From: Actinomycetota bacterium
Lineage (GTDB): Bacteria; Actinomycetota; Acidimicrobiia; Acidimicrobiales; Aldehydirespiratoraceae
DNA: 64,000 nt
Reading direction: 5' to 3'
Assembly (NCBI GenBank): GCA_029979265.1
Contig: JAPOHW010000010.1
Span: forward strand, 44,689 to 108,688
Part shown: positions 9,820-18,109 of the stretch, piece by piece
Numbering within the stretch: position 1 is the first letter of the stretch
Layout: the number at the start of each line of letters is the position of its first letter
Program-made: the position numbers and the translations under genes
The notes under the pieces: model-generated
Told to the model about the DNA's origin: nothing
Databases searched by the model: none
The model's input: only the letters and a program-made list of their open reading frames with translations

Positions 9820-10326
9820 GTGTTCGTTCTTGGGATCGACCCAGGTCTTTCGCGGTGCGGCTACGGCTGCATCGAACATGGGCGTTCGCCTCGTGCTGTT
9901 GCCGCAGGTGTGATCCGAACGGATCCAGGGGTCGATCTGCCCCAGCGCCTCGCCGAACTCCAATGCGAGGTTCGCTCGCTGATCGCCGATCTCCGACCTC
10001 AAGTGGTGGCGATCGAGCGCGTCCTGTTCCAGCAGAACGTCAGTACTGCGATGGGGGTCGGGATGGCTTGCGGGATCGTCATGGCCGAGGCGGTTGCCGC
10101 CGAGTGCGACGTGGCCGAGTACTCGCCCAACGAGATCAAGCAAGCCGTCGCCGGGTACGGCGCGGCCGGCAAGCACGAGGTCGGTCAGATGGTCCAGACC
10201 CTTCTCGGTTTGCCCAAACGTCTGTCGCCGGCCGATGCCGCCGATGCTGCCGCTGTTGCACTCTGTCATCTGGCGCACGTTCCCGGTCGTTCTGCACGGG
10301 CCCGAGTGTCCGGAGTGTCCGCATGA
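9820..10326 (+). CDS. ruvC: Crossover junction endodeoxyribonuclease RuvC
   Basis: VLGIDPGLSRCGYG...SPNEIKQAVAGYGAAGK. GTG start has TAGAGT 7 nt upstream. Confidence 0.9.
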   Translation: MFVLGIDPGLSRCGYGCIEHGRSPRAVAAGVIRTDPGVDLPQRLAELQCEVRSLIADLRPQVVAIERVLFQQNVSTAMGVGMACGIVMAEAVAAECDVAEYSPNEIKQAVAGYGAAGKHEVGQMVQTLLGLPKRLSPADAADAAAVALCHLAHVPGRSARARVSGVSA

Positions 10327-10931
10327 TCGGTTCGCTCCGAGGGCGACTGCTCGACCGCGGCCCCGACGGGGAACTCCTCATCGAAGTGGCCGGGGTCGGC
10401 TACCGGGTGTCGGTCACCCCATCGACGGCAATGTCGATCGGAGAGGTCGACGCCGACGTCTTCGTCCATACCATGCATGCCGTTCGTGAAGACAGCGAGA
10501 CGCTGTACGGCTTCGCCACCATCCACGAACGCCGCGTCTTCGAATCGCTCATCTCGGCGCACGGGGTCGGTCCTGCGCTCGGCCTCGCCATCTTGTCGGT
10601 GCACGGTCCCGATGCACTGAGACGAGCGGTCGCCGAGGACGACATCGCCTCGCTGTGTCTCGTGCCCGGTGTTGGAAAGAAGACTGCGGCTCGTCTCGTG
10701 ATGGAGTTGAAGTCGAAACTCGATCTCCCCGATGTCGACAGCGTCGTGCATGCGGCCGACGGTGGAACGGCGGTGTCGGGGACGGGCGCGCGTGCTGATG
10801 TCCGCACTGCCCTCGAAGGCCTGGGCTATGCCACCGACGAGATTCATGCTGTCCTGGTCGACTTGCCGGCCGATGGCGAGACCAGTGATCTCCTCAAAGA
10901 CGCACTACGCCGGCTGGCGTCCGGCGTCTGA
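10323..10931 (+). CDS. ruvA: Holliday junction DNA helicase subunit RuvA
   Basis: MIGSLRGRLL..., with HhH motifs GVGPALGLAILS and VPGVGKKTAARL. ATGA overlap with ruvC. This is the in-frame portion of ORF 9855-10931. Confidence 0.9.
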   Translation: MIGSLRGRLLDRGPDGELLIEVAGVGYRVSVTPSTAMSIGEVDADVFVHTMHAVREDSETLYGFATIHERRVFESLISAHGVGPALGLAILSVHGPDALRRAVAEDDIASLCLVPGVGKKTAARLVMELKSKLDLPDVDSVVHAADGGTAVSGTGARADVRTALEGLGYATDEIHAVLVDLPADGETSDLLKDALRRLASGV

Positions 10932-10957
10932 GCTCGATGGTCTGCTAGGGATTCATC

Positions 10958-12025
10958 GTGGCCCGCGAAGAGCTGCTCTCTCCTTCCGAAGAACCCGACG
11001 ACGTGGCCGTGCTGCTCGACGTGCCGGGCCTTCGGCCCCGCACGCTCGCCGAATTCGTCGGGCAGCAGGAACTGAAAGGTCACCTCGGCGTCATGCTCGG
11101 AGCCGCTGCGCGCCGGCGAGAGGCGGCCGACCATCTGCTCTTCGCCGGTCCCCCTGGCCTGGGAAAGACGACACTGGCCAACATCATCGCCGCCGAAATG
11201 GGAACCAACCTGCAGATCACCTCCGGACCGGCGCTCGAGCGAGCTGGCGATCTGGCCTCGATCCTGTCCAAACTCGAGGACGGCGACGTGCTGTTCATCG
11301 ACGAGATCCACCGCCTCCCTCGCCCCGTGGAGGAAGTGCTGTATCCCGCAATGGAAGATTTCCGAATCGATATCGTGCTCGGGAAGGGTCCAGCAGCGCG
11401 GTCGATTCCCCTCGATCTGGCGCGGTTCACGCTCGTGGGTGCCACGACTCGGACCGGCTTGATCACTGGCCCGCTTCGCGACCGGTTCGGGCTGGTCGCC
11501 CGCCTCGACTACTACGAGGTCGCTGATCTCCAGTCGATCGCGATGCGGGCCGCTGGGATCCTCGGGGTCGATATCGACGACGGTGGCGCCTTCGAGATCG
11601 CCCGACGTTCGAGAGGTACACCTCGGATCGCAAATCGACTCCTCCGGCAGGTCCGTGATTATGCCGATGTCGAACGCGACGGCCATGTCGACGCTCGGGT
11701 TGCGTCGGACGGTCTCGCCTTCTTCGGTGTCGATGAGCTCGGTCTCGACAAGGCGAGCCGAGCTGTCATCGAGAGTGTCTGCAAACGGTTCGGCGGTGGT
11801 CCCGTCGGCCTCTCGACGCTCGCGATCTCGGTCAGTGAACCGACCGAGACGGTGGAGGATGTCTACGAGCCCTATCTGATCCAGCAGGGCCTGCTGATGC
11901 GAACGCCGAGGGGCCGTGTCGCCACTCCGGCTGCGTACGCCCATCTGGGCATGGCACCTCCGCCGACGGTTGCCGAACCAACCGACTCCGACCCACAGCC
12001 CGGGCTCTTCGGCAGCAGCACGTAA
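10958..12025 (+). CDS. ruvB: Holliday junction DNA helicase RuvB
   Basis: Walker [12 protein letters not shown], Walker B FIDEIHRL. Confidence 0.95.
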   Translation: MAREELLSPSEEPDDVAVLLDVPGLRPRTLAEFVGQQELKGHLGVMLGAAARRREAADHLLFAGPPGLGKTTLANIIAAEMGTNLQITSGPALERAGDLASILSKLEDGDVLFIDEIHRLPRPVEEVLYPAMEDFRIDIVLGKGPAARSIPLDLARFTLVGATTRTGLITGPLRDRFGLVARLDYYEVADLQSIAMRAAGILGVDIDDGGAFEIARRSRGTPRIANRLLRQVRDYADVERDGHVDARVASDGLAFFGVDELGLDKASRAVIESVCKRFGGGPVGLSTLAISVSEPTETVEDVYEPYLIQQGLLMRTPRGRVATPAAYAHLGMAPPPTVAEPTDSDPQPGLFGSST

Positions 12026-12102
12026 CCCATCGCGGACACCTCGTCGGCGAGAACTGCGGATGAGCCCAACGTGCAGCCGGCTGTGTTTCGCCAGCGGTCC
12101 CG

Positions 12103-12108
12103 TACCCT
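12103..12108 (+). promoter_or_regulatory. -10-like box TACCCT, 7 nt before queA GTG 12116
   Basis: CGTACCCT-ctgctcc-GTG, no SD. Confidence 0.4.
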
Positions 12109-12115
12109 CTGCTCC

Positions 12116-13126
12116 GTGACCGACCGGCCGGAGCAGCTCGCCGACATCGAGTACCACCTGCCCTCCGAGCGGATTGCCCAGGAGCCGATCGAGCCCCGAG
12201 ATGCCGCTCGTCTCCTCGTGGATCGCGGCGACTCGGTCGAACATCACACCATCGCCGACCTGCCCTCCCTGCTCCGTGCGGGGGACCTGGTCGTGGTCAA
12301 CGACACGAAAGTGCTCCCGGCCCGAATCCCTGCCCGCCGTTCGACCGGTGGGGCCGCAGAGATTCTGCTTCTCGAAGAGCGATCCGATGGTTCGTGGGAG
12401 GCACTCGCCCGTCCGAGCAAAAAACTTGCCCCCGGGCAGGTGGTTTCCGCCGGAGGGCTCGACATCGAGATGGGCGAGGATCTCGGCGACGGGCGCCGCA
12501 TCGTTCGGCTCGATCCGGGTGGCGCTGATCTTCACACCCGGCTCGCCGAGGTCGGCCTGCCGCCGCTCCCGCCCTACATCGAGAAGCAGATCGAAGATCC
12601 GGGTCGGTACCAGACGATCTTTGCTGATCGCCCCCTCTCGGCAGCGGCACCGACGGCCGGACTCCACTTCACCTCGCAAGTGATCGAAGGCCTTGCCGGC
12701 AACGAGATTGCGGTGGCGACTGTGGAGTTGGCCGTCGGGCTCGACACGTTCCGACCGGTGACGGTCGAACGCCTCGACGATCACGTCATGCACACCGAGT
12801 GGTACCGGGTCCCCGACGAGACGGTGGCGGCGATCGAACATGCCGAGCGGGTCGTTGCCATCGGGACCACGGTGGTTCGGGCACTCGAGTCCTGGAAGCT
12901 CACCGGTCGGCAGAGTGGCCGCAGCGATCTCTTCATTCGTCGTCCGTACGACTGGAAGATCGTCGATGTGTTGCTCACCAACTTCCACCTGCCACAGTCG
13001 ACGCTGCTGTGCCTCGTCGACGCCTTTGTCGGCCCGAGATGGCGCGACCTCTATGAGACCGCGGTTGCCGAGGACTATCGTTTTTTGAGCTTCGGTGATG
13101 CCATGCTTCTGCGGCGCTCGACCTGA
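12116..13126 (+). CDS. queA: S-adenosylmethionine:tRNA ribosyltransferase-isomerase
   Basis: YHLPSERIAQEPIEPRDAARLLV and LLTNFHLPQSTLL. GTG 12116 chosen in-frame within ORF 12071-13126 because TACCCT lies 7 nt upstream. Confidence 0.9.
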   Translation: MTDRPEQLADIEYHLPSERIAQEPIEPRDAARLLVDRGDSVEHHTIADLPSLLRAGDLVVVNDTKVLPARIPARRSTGGAAEILLLEERSDGSWEALARPSKKLAPGQVVSAGGLDIEMGEDLGDGRRIVRLDPGGADLHTRLAEVGLPPLPPYIEKQIEDPGRYQTIFADRPLSAAAPTAGLHFTSQVIEGLAGNEIAVATVELAVGLDTFRPVTVERLDDHVMHTEWYRVPDETVAAIEHAERVVAIGTTVVRALESWKLTGRQSGRSDLFIRRPYDWKIVDVLLTNFHLPQSTLLCLVDAFVGPRWRDLYETAVAEDYRFLSFGDAMLLRRST

Positions 13127-13146
13127 CCGCTCGTGCTGTGGTCAGG
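13122..13146 (+). terminator. Hairpin overlapping the queA stop (candidate terminator)
   Basis: CCTGACC (13122-13128) pairs with GGTCAGG (13140-13146), with an 11-nt loop. No U-tract. Confidence 0.35.
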
Positions 13147-13197
13147 GCCGTTGACACTACGGTGGCCGACACACCGGGGTGACCCCGAGGAGGTGGG

Positions 13198-14343
13198 ATG
13201 GGCTGGTCGATCAACCGGGCGACAGGGCTGACCGCGAACCGACCGAGCCTGACGACCAAGGGCTACACGCTCGTCACGCCGACTGCCGATGATGCCGCGT
13301 ACCTGATCGATATGAACGGGCGGGTCGTCCACCGCTGGACATTCGAGACGATCAACCCCGGGTATGGGCGCTTGTTGGACAATGGCAACCTGCTGATGTC
13401 AGGTTCCGACGTGCATCTGCCACCGCCGCCAGAGGACGAGCCCACGAAACCGCCACCACCGTTCGAGGTCCACATCACCCGTCTCGGCGGGTACAAGACC
13501 ACCCTGCTCGAGGTCGATTGGCACGGCAACGTGGTGTGGTCCTACGAAAATCGGGCACAGCACCACGACTTCGTCCGACTCCCGAACGGCAACACGATGG
13601 TTCCGGAGTGGGTAGAGCTGTCCGAAGAACTCCACAAGAAGGTGCGGGGTGGACATCGGTTGCCGCGAGAGCGGCTGCCGCGCCTGTTGGGTGACGACCT
13701 CGTGGAAGTCGACCCCGCCGGGGTCGAGGTGCGCCGGATACACACGTGGCAGCTTCTCGACCCGGTCGACGACCCGATCCATCCGACGAAACGGCGTTGG
13801 GAGTGGACCCATGTCAACGGCATCGACGTGAACGAAGCCGGTGACATTGCGTTTTCTGCTCGTACCAACGACCGGGTGTGCGTCATCGATGGCGGGACGG
13901 GTGAATTGACGTGCAAATTCACCGACACCCACGCACAGCATCACGTCACATGGGTGGGCGAGGATCTGATTCAGGTGTTCGACAACGGCGTTTCGGCATC
14001 TCGGGTGTTGGAGATTCGGGTGAGCACTGGTGAGATCGAATGGAAGTACGAGGGTCGGCCCGCACACCAGTTCTTCTCCAACTACATCTCGGGGGCGGAC
14101 CGACTGTGGTCGGGATCGGTGCTCGTGTGTGAAGGATCGAGTGGCCGAGTGTTCGAGGTGACACGGGCTCATGAGGTGGTGTGGGAGTGGATCAATCCGT
14201 TCACGAACCATCGCGACAACGGAGAGCCAGCTGTCGGGATCTACCGGGCGCATCGATACCCGGCCGATCACGCGGCCTTCGAAGGGCGCGATCTCGATCC
14301 CGAGGCCTACGCCAACCTCAACCGCCTCAACGGGTTGCTGTAG
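13198..14343 (+). CDS. Arylsulfotransferase (ASST)-like beta-propeller family protein, cytoplasmic
   Basis: Repeated NG/DG-hydrophobic propeller-like blocks (LLDNGNLLMSG, RLPNGNTMV, THVNGIDVNEAGDIAFSARTNDRVCVID, VFDNG) typical of ASST-like proteins. No signal peptide. GAGGAGG SD upstream. Family call is from memory of the fold family, not a search. Confidence 0.7.
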   Translation: MGWSINRATGLTANRPSLTTKGYTLVTPTADDAAYLIDMNGRVVHRWTFETINPGYGRLLDNGNLLMSGSDVHLPPPPEDEPTKPPPPFEVHITRLGGYKTTLLEVDWHGNVVWSYENRAQHHDFVRLPNGNTMVPEWVELSEELHKKVRGGHRLPRERLPRLLGDDLVEVDPAGVEVRRIHTWQLLDPVDDPIHPTKRRWEWTHVNGIDVNEAGDIAFSARTNDRVCVIDGGTGELTCKFTDTHAQHHVTWVGEDLIQVFDNGVSASRVLEIRVSTGEIEWKYEGRPAHQFFSNYISGADRLWSGSVLVCEGSSGRVFEVTRAHEVVWEWINPFTNHRDNGEPAVGIYRAHRYPADHAAFEGRDLDPEAYANLNRLNGLL

Positions 14344-14347
14344 TTCC

Positions 14348-14378
14348 GCTGTCGAGACGACAGGCAGATCTCGACGGC
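14348..14378. terminator. Hairpin between convergent ASST-like and FkbM-like genes
   Basis: GTCGAGA (14351-14357) pairs with TCTCGAC (14369-14375), extendable to about 10 bp including one G.U pair. Confidence 0.35.
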
Positions 14379-14394
14379 CGGCTGCACCTGCGGA

Positions 14395-15099
14395 TCACAC
14401 CTCGACAAACCGTCGTCGAGCTCGTCGGTATCCGACGTGGCGTCCGTTTTCGACGATGCCGTAACCGCAGGGGACAAAGCCCTGCTCGACCGACAATTCC
14501 TCGAACGACATCGTCAGCGCCGCCCTGTCGACGAAGAACGCATTGACACCGAGTGAATCACACCCAACCAGCGCCAGGTTCCGTCGATCCGCCGCAGCGG
14601 CGAGGGCGGCCAGGCTGGCACCGAAATAGTCGTTGACCTCCCAGACCAACGCGGGGTCGTAGGCGACCGTGAGCCGCATTGTCGGCCCCAGCGATGCGTT
14701 GTACTCCACGACAAGAACACGGGGAGTCGACTGCTCGTCGAGTGCGTCGAGGACCCAGTAGTCGTTCGAATCGATGTCGATCGACACCAGGTCGGGGTGG
14801 GCTGGAACGTTGTGGTCGGTGAACAGTTCGTTGATGTTGTCGGCGGTGACGACGACCTGCTCGACCCGACTGCCGGGCGGCTGATCGGCTCCGTCCCACC
14901 AGGTGTGGGTCCATCCGTGCTCGTCGACGAGGTTCAGTGAGTTGCACTCCGTGGGTCCGATGCCGACGCCGAACTCGACGGCATGGCGATTGGTGGTGCC
15001 GATCGATTCGAAGAGCGCCTCGAGGATGCCGTCCTCACCATTCTGCGAGGTCCCACGCCGCTCGTGAACGTGGAGTTGGGCTGATGATGGTTCGGTCAC
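14395..15099 (-). CDS. FkbM-like SAM-dependent methyltransferase family protein
   Basis: N-terminal SQNGEDGIL motif and a VSIDIDSNDYWVL / VVEYN core resembling FkbM-type (Methyltransf_21) proteins. GTG start at 15099. Confidence 0.6.
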   Translation of the reverse strand: MTEPSSAQLHVHERRGTSQNGEDGILEALFESIGTTNRHAVEFGVGIGPTECNSLNLVDEHGWTHTWWDGADQPPGSRVEQVVVTADNINELFTDHNVPAHPDLVSIDIDSNDYWVLDALDEQSTPRVLVVEYNASLGPTMRLTVAYDPALVWEVNDYFGASLAALAAAADRRNLALVGCDSLGVNAFFVDRAALTMSFEELSVEQGFVPCGYGIVENGRHVGYRRARRRFVEV

Positions 15100-15107
15100 A
15101 AACGCCG

Positions 15108-15113
15108 ACCGTA
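15108..15113 (-). promoter_or_regulatory. -10-like box TACGGT (minus strand), 8 nt before GTG 15099
   Basis: The reverse complement of 15108-15113 is TACGGT. It lies in the 41-bp divergent gap. Confidence 0.4.
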
Positions 15114-15126
15114 CCCAGGGAGGCCC

Positions 15127-15132
15127 TAGCCT
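15127..15132 (+). promoter_or_regulatory. -10-like box TAGCCT, 8 nt before tgt GTG 15141
   Basis: CCTAGCCT-cgggcatc-GTG. Confidence 0.45.
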
Positions 15133-15140
15133 CGGGCATC

Positions 15141-16256
15141 GTGCGTGCGTCCTTCACCGAGACCGCTCGAGACGGCGACGCCCGTTGCGGGGTCGTCGCC
15201 ACTGCCCGCGGTGCGTTCACGACACCTCGGTTCATGCCGGTCGGTACTCGAGGCGCCATCGTTCACCTCGCAGCCGACGACGTCGAAGCGCTCGGTGCGC
15301 AGGTCATCCTTGCGAACACCTACCACCTGATGCTGCGCCCGGGTGCCGATGTGGTGGCAGAGCTCGGCGGCATCCACGGGATGGCCGACTGGTCGGGGCA
15401 CGTTCTCACCGACTCCGGCGGCTATCAGATCTTCTCGCTCGGGCCCGAGCTGAGCGATGAAGGAGCCCGCTTCACATCGATCTATGACGGCTCGACGCAT
15501 CTCCTGTCGCCCGAGAAGGCGGTAGACGTCCAGGCCAAGATTGGCGCCGACATTCAGATGGTGCTCGACGTGTGCCCGTCGTCGGTCGCAGACCTCGACA
15601 TCGTTCGTGCCGCCGTCGAGCGAACCGGCCAGTGGGCCGAGCGAGGGCGCTCGGCGTTTCTCGAACACCCCGATGCCAAGGATCGGCAGTGTCAGTTCGG
15701 CATCGTGCAGGGTGGCACCGACGAGCGACTTCGGGAGCAGTCGACCCGACAGATCCTCGACATTGACTTCGACGGCTACGCCGTCGGCGGTCTCAGTGTC
15801 GGTGAAGACCGCGAGCAGATGTTGTTCGGACTCGACGCCTGCATGAGTCTTCTGCCTCGGGACCGACCGCGCTACTTCATGGGCCTCGGTGACCCGATCG
15901 GGATTGTGGAATCGGTCGCTCGCGGGGTCGACATGTTCGACTGCGTGCTCCCGACCAGATTGGCTCGCCACGGTACGGTTCTCTCCGACGCAGGCCGGTA
16001 CAACCTCACCCGCGCCGAGTTCGCAACCAGTCGCGAACCGCTCGATCCCGACTGGCCAGAAAGCCCGGCTGCCCGCTACTCGCGGGGCTACTTGCGTCAT
16101 CTGTTGCAGACGAAAGAACCGACAGCCCCTCGGATCATCACCCTGCACAATGTTGCCTGGATGTTGCGATTCATGGATCGGATGGCCGACTCGATTCGTT
16201 CGGGAACCTTCGCCGACTTTCGCGCAGGCGTTCACGAGGTCTGGTCGGGCCGATAG
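15141..16256 (+). CDS. tgt: tRNA-guanine transglycosylase
   Basis: DGDARCGVVATARGAFTTPRFMPVGTRGA and DCVLPTRLARHG. GTG 15141 preferred because TAGCCT lies 8 nt upstream. ATG 15084 would overlap the divergent gene. Confidence 0.9.
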   Translation: MRASFTETARDGDARCGVVATARGAFTTPRFMPVGTRGAIVHLAADDVEALGAQVILANTYHLMLRPGADVVAELGGIHGMADWSGHVLTDSGGYQIFSLGPELSDEGARFTSIYDGSTHLLSPEKAVDVQAKIGADIQMVLDVCPSSVADLDIVRAAVERTGQWAERGRSAFLEHPDAKDRQCQFGIVQGGTDERLREQSTRQILDIDFDGYAVGGLSVGEDREQMLFGLDACMSLLPRDRPRYFMGLGDPIGIVESVARGVDMFDCVLPTRLARHGTVLSDAGRYNLTRAEFATSREPLDPDWPESPAARYSRGYLRHLLQTKEPTAPRIITLHNVAWMLRFMDRMADSIRSGTFADFRAGVHEVWSGR

Positions 16257-16259
16257 CCT
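16254..16259 (+). promoter_or_regulatory. -10-like box TAGCCT, 9 nt before yajC ATG
   Basis: The hexamer contains the tgt TAG stop codon. Confidence 0.35.
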
Positions 16260-16268
16260 CCCGAAGTC

Positions 16269-16580
16269 ATGGGAAGCATTCTCTTTCTCGGCGTCCTCCT
16301 CGGTTTGATGTACGCCGTCATGATCCGTCCGCAGCAAAAGCGCATGCGTGAACACCAATCGCTGATCCGCTCACTCGAGGAAGGTGACCTGGTCGTCACT
16401 GCGTCCGGTGTCCACGGCGCTGTCGCCGAGGTCGAGGACACGTTCATCTGGCTCGAAGTCGCGCCTGATGTCGAACTGAAGATCGACCGGGCGTCGATCG
16501 CTCGTCGGGCCGAGGATCCCGATGCCGACGCAGACGACGACCTCGTCGATGTCGACAGCGACGCCGACGCAGACGACTGA
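16269..16580 (+). CDS. yajC: Preprotein translocase subunit YajC with acidic tail
   Basis: MIRPQQKRMREHQSLIRSLEEGDLVVTASGVHG. Confidence 0.9.
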   Translation: MGSILFLGVLLGLMYAVMIRPQQKRMREHQSLIRSLEEGDLVVTASGVHGAVAEVEDTFIWLEVAPDVELKIDRASIARRAEDPDADADDDLVDVDSDADADD

Positions 16581-16594
16581 ACGGCCTGTCCCCG

Positions 16595-18109
16595 GTGCGT
16601 CAACAGGTTGTCTACGCCGTCGGCATCGCTGCCATTGCGATTGCCGGAATTGCGTACACGCTGGCGTCGGGGAACGAACCTCTGCTGGGCCTCGATCTGC
16701 AGGGTGGGGCGTCCGTGGTGCTCGAGCCCGAGCCGCTGCCTGACGGCCGAGAGATCACCGACGAGTTGCTCGACCAGGCGGTCGACATCATTCGCAACCG
16801 AGTCGATGGCCTCGGCGTGCGCGAACCCGAGGTGACTCGGCAGGGACAGACGATCCTCGTGCAGATCCCTGGTGTGGACGATCAGCAGCGCGCCATCGAG
16901 TTGGTCGGCCAAACCGCCGAGCTGCGGTTCCGGCCGGTCCTCGCACAGGCAACCCAAGAAGACGAGATCGAGTACAACACCGCAGCTGCCGTCCTCGACA
17001 GTAACGAGAGCGACGCCGCGGTGCGTGCGCAGGCGCAGGCCGTTGTCGACCTGTGGGCACTCACCCCCGAAGCCTCTGCGGACGAGCCGTCGGTGCTGCT
17101 TCAAAAAGACAGCGATGCGTTCACCAACCGCTTTCGCCTCGGTCCGGTCCCGCTCGTGATCGACCAGGGGAGTGTTCCGGGTCAGCGCCTCACCGGCGAG
17201 ACGCTCGAATCCGCAGCTGCTCGGTTCACGGTCCAGGGCTGGTACGTCGCCCCCACGTTCAAATCCGGCTCTCCCGGCATCGACGACTTCAACGCGCTGG
17301 CGCGCGAATGCAACGCCGGCTTCGCGTCGTGCCCCGGCCTGCGCATCGCAATCGAGATCGACGGCCGGATCGAGAGCGCTCCGACCGTGGGCGTTGCGCA
17401 ATTCGAGCGCGACCAGATTCAGATCACCGGTGCCTTCACCGAAGAAGAGGCGAAGGACCTTGCCCTTGCGCTGAACTTCGGCGCCCTTCCTCTCGAACTG
17501 ACGGCGCAGGAGAGTCGCATCGTCAGTTCGACGCTCGGCGAAGATGCGCTCGATGCCGGTCTGGTCGCCGGACTCATCGGCGTCGTCCTCGTCTCGATCT
17601 ATCTCGTTGCCTACTACCGGTACCTCGGAATCGTGGCGATCCTCAGCCTCGTCATCTCCGGTGCACTGCTGTGGACGATCGTCGCGTGGCTCGGCGAATC
17701 GCAGGGTCTCGCGCTCACCCTCGCAGGTGTCACGGGTTTGATCGTGTCGATCGGAGTGTCTGTCGATTCCAACGTGGTGTATTTCGAACACCTGAAGGAA
17801 GACGTCAAGGGAGGTCGAACACTGCGATCGGCGGTCGAGCGGGCATTCCCGGTCGCCTACTCCACGATCGTGAAGGCCGATGTTGCGAGCCTCATCGCTG
17901 CCGTCGTTCTGTACTGGTTGACCGTCGGGCAGGTTCGAGGCTTTGCGCTGTTCCTCGGTCTCGCGACCGTGCTCGACCTGATTGCAACGTACTTCTTCAT
18001 GGGGCCGGCGATTCGAATCATGGCGGTTCGCCAGTCGACCTTTGCGACCAAGCCCTCGCGCTTCGGGATCCCTCGCGCCATGGTCACACCCGAGGGAGGT
18101 GCATCGTGA
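16595..18109 (+). CDS. secD: Protein translocase subunit SecD
   Basis: N-terminal TM segment, large periplasmic-type domain, and a C-terminal 5-TM bundle (GLIGVVLVSIYLVAYYR...). Lies in the order yajC-secD-secF. Confidence 0.9.
   Translation: MRQQVVYAVGIAAIAIAGIAYTLASGNEPLLGLDLQGGASVVLEPEPLPDGREITDELLDQAVDIIRNRVDGLGVREPEVTRQGQTILVQIPGVDDQQRAIELVGQTAELRFRPVLAQATQEDEIEYNTAAAVLDSNESDAAVRAQAQAVVDLWALTPEASADEPSVLLQKDSDAFTNRFRLGPVPLVIDQGSVPGQRLTGETLESAAARFTVQGWYVAPTFKSGSPGIDDFNALARECNAGFASCPGLRIAIEIDGRIESAPTVGVAQFERDQIQITGAFTEEEAKDLALALNFGALPLELTAQESRIVSSTLGEDALDAGLVAGLIGVVLVSIYLVAYYRYLGIVAILSLVISGALLWTIVAWLGESQGLALTLAGVTGLIVSIGVSVDSNVVYFEHLKEDVKGGRTLRSAVERAFPVAYSTIVKADVASLIAAVVLYWLTVGQVRGFALFLGLATVLDLIATYFFMGPAIRIMAVRQSTFATKPSRFGIPRAMVTPEGGAS

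Noticed and set aside
10946-10951. TAGGGA before ruvB (and TAGGAC at 60175-60180 before hisG) as further leaderless -10 boxes
   Set aside because: The final base is not T, so they do not match TAnnnT. ruvB is in any case internal to ruvCAB, so these were left out of the promoter set.
16524-16577. 15-nt direct repeat GCCGACGCAGACGAC, present twice in the 3' end of yajC
   Set aside because: It encodes the low-complexity acidic tail (DADADD). A small in-frame duplication explains it, and it is not a regulatory repeat or CRISPR-like.
17053-18105. N-terminal 351 codons of the 729-aa ORF 17053-19242
   Set aside because: This is an out-of-frame read through secD, rich in Arg and Pro. The real product (SecF) begins at GTG 18106, with a GGGAGG SD and a GTGA overlap.
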